From an uncultured Chlorobiaceae bacterium (GTDB lineage Bacteria; Bacteroidota; Chlorobiia; Chlorobiales; Chlorobiaceae), in contig CAIYWF010000077.1 in the NCBI GenBank assembly GCA_903929845.1, forward strand, positions 1 to 34,297: a stretch of 34,297 nt of DNA, read 5' to 3'. Of the stretch, positions 33,552 to 34,297 are shown in pieces. Below the pieces are notes generated by a model. It was not told the DNA's origin. It was given only the letters and a program-made list of their open reading frames with translations, and made no database searches. The position numbers were made by a program, and so were the translations under genes. How positions within the stretch are numbered: position 1 is the stretch's first letter; each line of letters opens with the position of its first letter.

Positions 33552-33642
33552 TGATTGGAACGAATCACTCGAAAACCAACATTGTTGTTGTTCCTGTTGT
33601 CCGGATTGTTGTTGTTCCGGGAGGAGCAGCGCAGAGCATCAG
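33552..33642 (-). ncRNA. DGR template repeat (TR), within the presumed DGR RNA between avd and RT
   Basis: Non-coding, AAC-rich copy of VR reading DALRCSSR-NNNN-PD-N-R-NNNN-VGFRVIRS-N; 91 nt aligned, containing 26 adenines; may extend to ~33652. Confidence 0.95.
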
Positions 33643-33715
33643 CTTTGTTGTTTTACAAACTCCCGCATATCGAACGGGGAGATCATTGTATCGGCCCTTA
33701 TCCGCAGGAAAGTTA

Positions 33716-34069
33716 TCATTTCTCGACCGATTGTTCAACCTTTTTTATCCAGCCACCAAGCATTTTCCCCAACTCGGCAATCTGCTGGCTCCCAAATTCA
33801 TAGGAGGCAAGATTGATGAATTTCATCTCAAAACTCATGCGGAAAAGGAGCCGCAACCGGGTCAGCACCTCATCAGCCTCATGCAAACCCTGAAGCTTGC
33901 TGCTGCGCATGTTGGCCACCGCAACGAGTTCGGTAAATTCGAGTACGCTGTTTTCGAGCCGCACCGCAATGCTGAAGCGAAAGCTCTTCGGGAACTTCCC
34001 CGTGTGATGCAGCAGCCATTTCGAAAAATCGAAGGCCTTTTTGACGATCAGCATTTCGTGATTTGGCAT
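33716..34069 (-). CDS. avd: DGR accessory variability determinant (four-helix bundle)
   Basis: 117 aa, basic, with KFPKSFRFSI..RL, LRLLFRM and ELGKMLGGW motifs; directly upstream of TR and RT. Confidence 0.93.
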   Translation of the reverse strand: MPNHEMLIVKKAFDFSKWLLHHTGKFPKSFRFSIAVRLENSVLEFTELVAVANMRSSKLQGLHEADEVLTRLRLLFRMSFEMKFINLASYEFGSQQIAELGKMLGGWIKKVEQSVEK

Positions 34070-34076
34070 TGCGGGA

Positions 34077-34165
34077 CAGTTGTCAGTTGTCAGTTGTCAG
34101 TTGTCAGTTGTCAGATGTCAGTTGTCAGTTGTCAGTTGTCAGTTGTCAGTTGTCAGTTGTCAGTT
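34077..34165. repeat. Heptamer tandem array (CAGTTGT)x12 plus a partial unit, one variant unit CAGATGT
   Basis: Units counted at 34077, 34084 ... 34154; variant at 34112; array ends 7 nt before the avd ATG. Confidence 0.98.
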
Positions 34166-34297
34166 CAAAAAAAAATTTCTTGCCTCTCCATGTTGGTTCT
34201 GCCTTGTCGTGTGAGCTTTCTTTTTCAGATTTCCAGATATCAGGGGATCAGATTTTCAGGAAGAAAAAGACTGGAACGAATCACTCGAAAACCAACA
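34160..34297 (-). repeat. Copy 2 of the ~135-bp VR-end/trailer direct repeat
   Basis: About 90% identical to 28099-28234 by manual alignment. Confidence 0.93.
34240..34297 (-). CDS. 3' end of a second DGR target gene (VR2), truncated by the window edge
   Basis: Reads ...VGFRVIRSSLFLPENLIP*; 34269-34297 is identical to the VR1 3' end and matches TR; occupies the canonical target position upstream of avd. Confidence 0.8.
   Translation of the reverse strand, partial: VGFRVIRSSLFLPENLIP

Larger units (their letters stand above)
28099..34297 (-). mobile_element. Diversity-generating retroelement locus: target2(partial) - avd - TR - RT - rpn - target1
   Basis: DGR-type RT, Avd, and a TR/VR pair with adenine-only substitutions, all on the same strand. 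The locus continues past the window. Confidence 0.95.

Noticed and set aside
33526-33816. Plus-strand Cys- or Leu-rich ORFs over TR
   Set aside because: Artefacts of the antisense TTG/TGT repeats of the AAC-rich template.
34077-34165. Heptamer array as CRISPR or iterons
   Set aside because: 7-bp units with no spacers, and no cas or rep gene in the window.

Overview
34.3 kb of bacterial chromosome, probably from a green sulfur bacterium (inferred from the Chlorobium-style ferredoxin and the giant-protein style). The left half is one ~5,689-aa surface/secreted protein: DUF4347, Ig/cadherin-like domains, SwmB-like domain, ~2,200-aa Gly/Thr/Asn solenoid, VCBS-type repeats, RTX repeats, an Ig domain and a hydrophobic C-tail. 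It is followed immediately by a short radA fragment, a Ni/Co ECF transporter operon (M-N-Q-O), a 2[4Fe-4S] ferredoxin and an old-yellow-enzyme reductase. The right half is a co-oriented minus-strand cluster of defence-type genes: a type III R-M system whose mod gene has an AT-rich recognition domain, an Rpn-family PD-(D/E)XK nuclease, and a complete diversity-generating retroelement (avd - TR - RT) with two visible targets. Target 1 is a membrane-anchored NACHT NTPase whose C-terminal FGE/CLec variable repeat differs from TR only at adenines, plus one extra codon. Target 2 is cut by the window edge. Both targets share a ~135-bp 3' element with five periodic CAG cores and no obvious canonical hairpin, and a 12-copy CAGTTGT array ends 7 nt upstream of avd.
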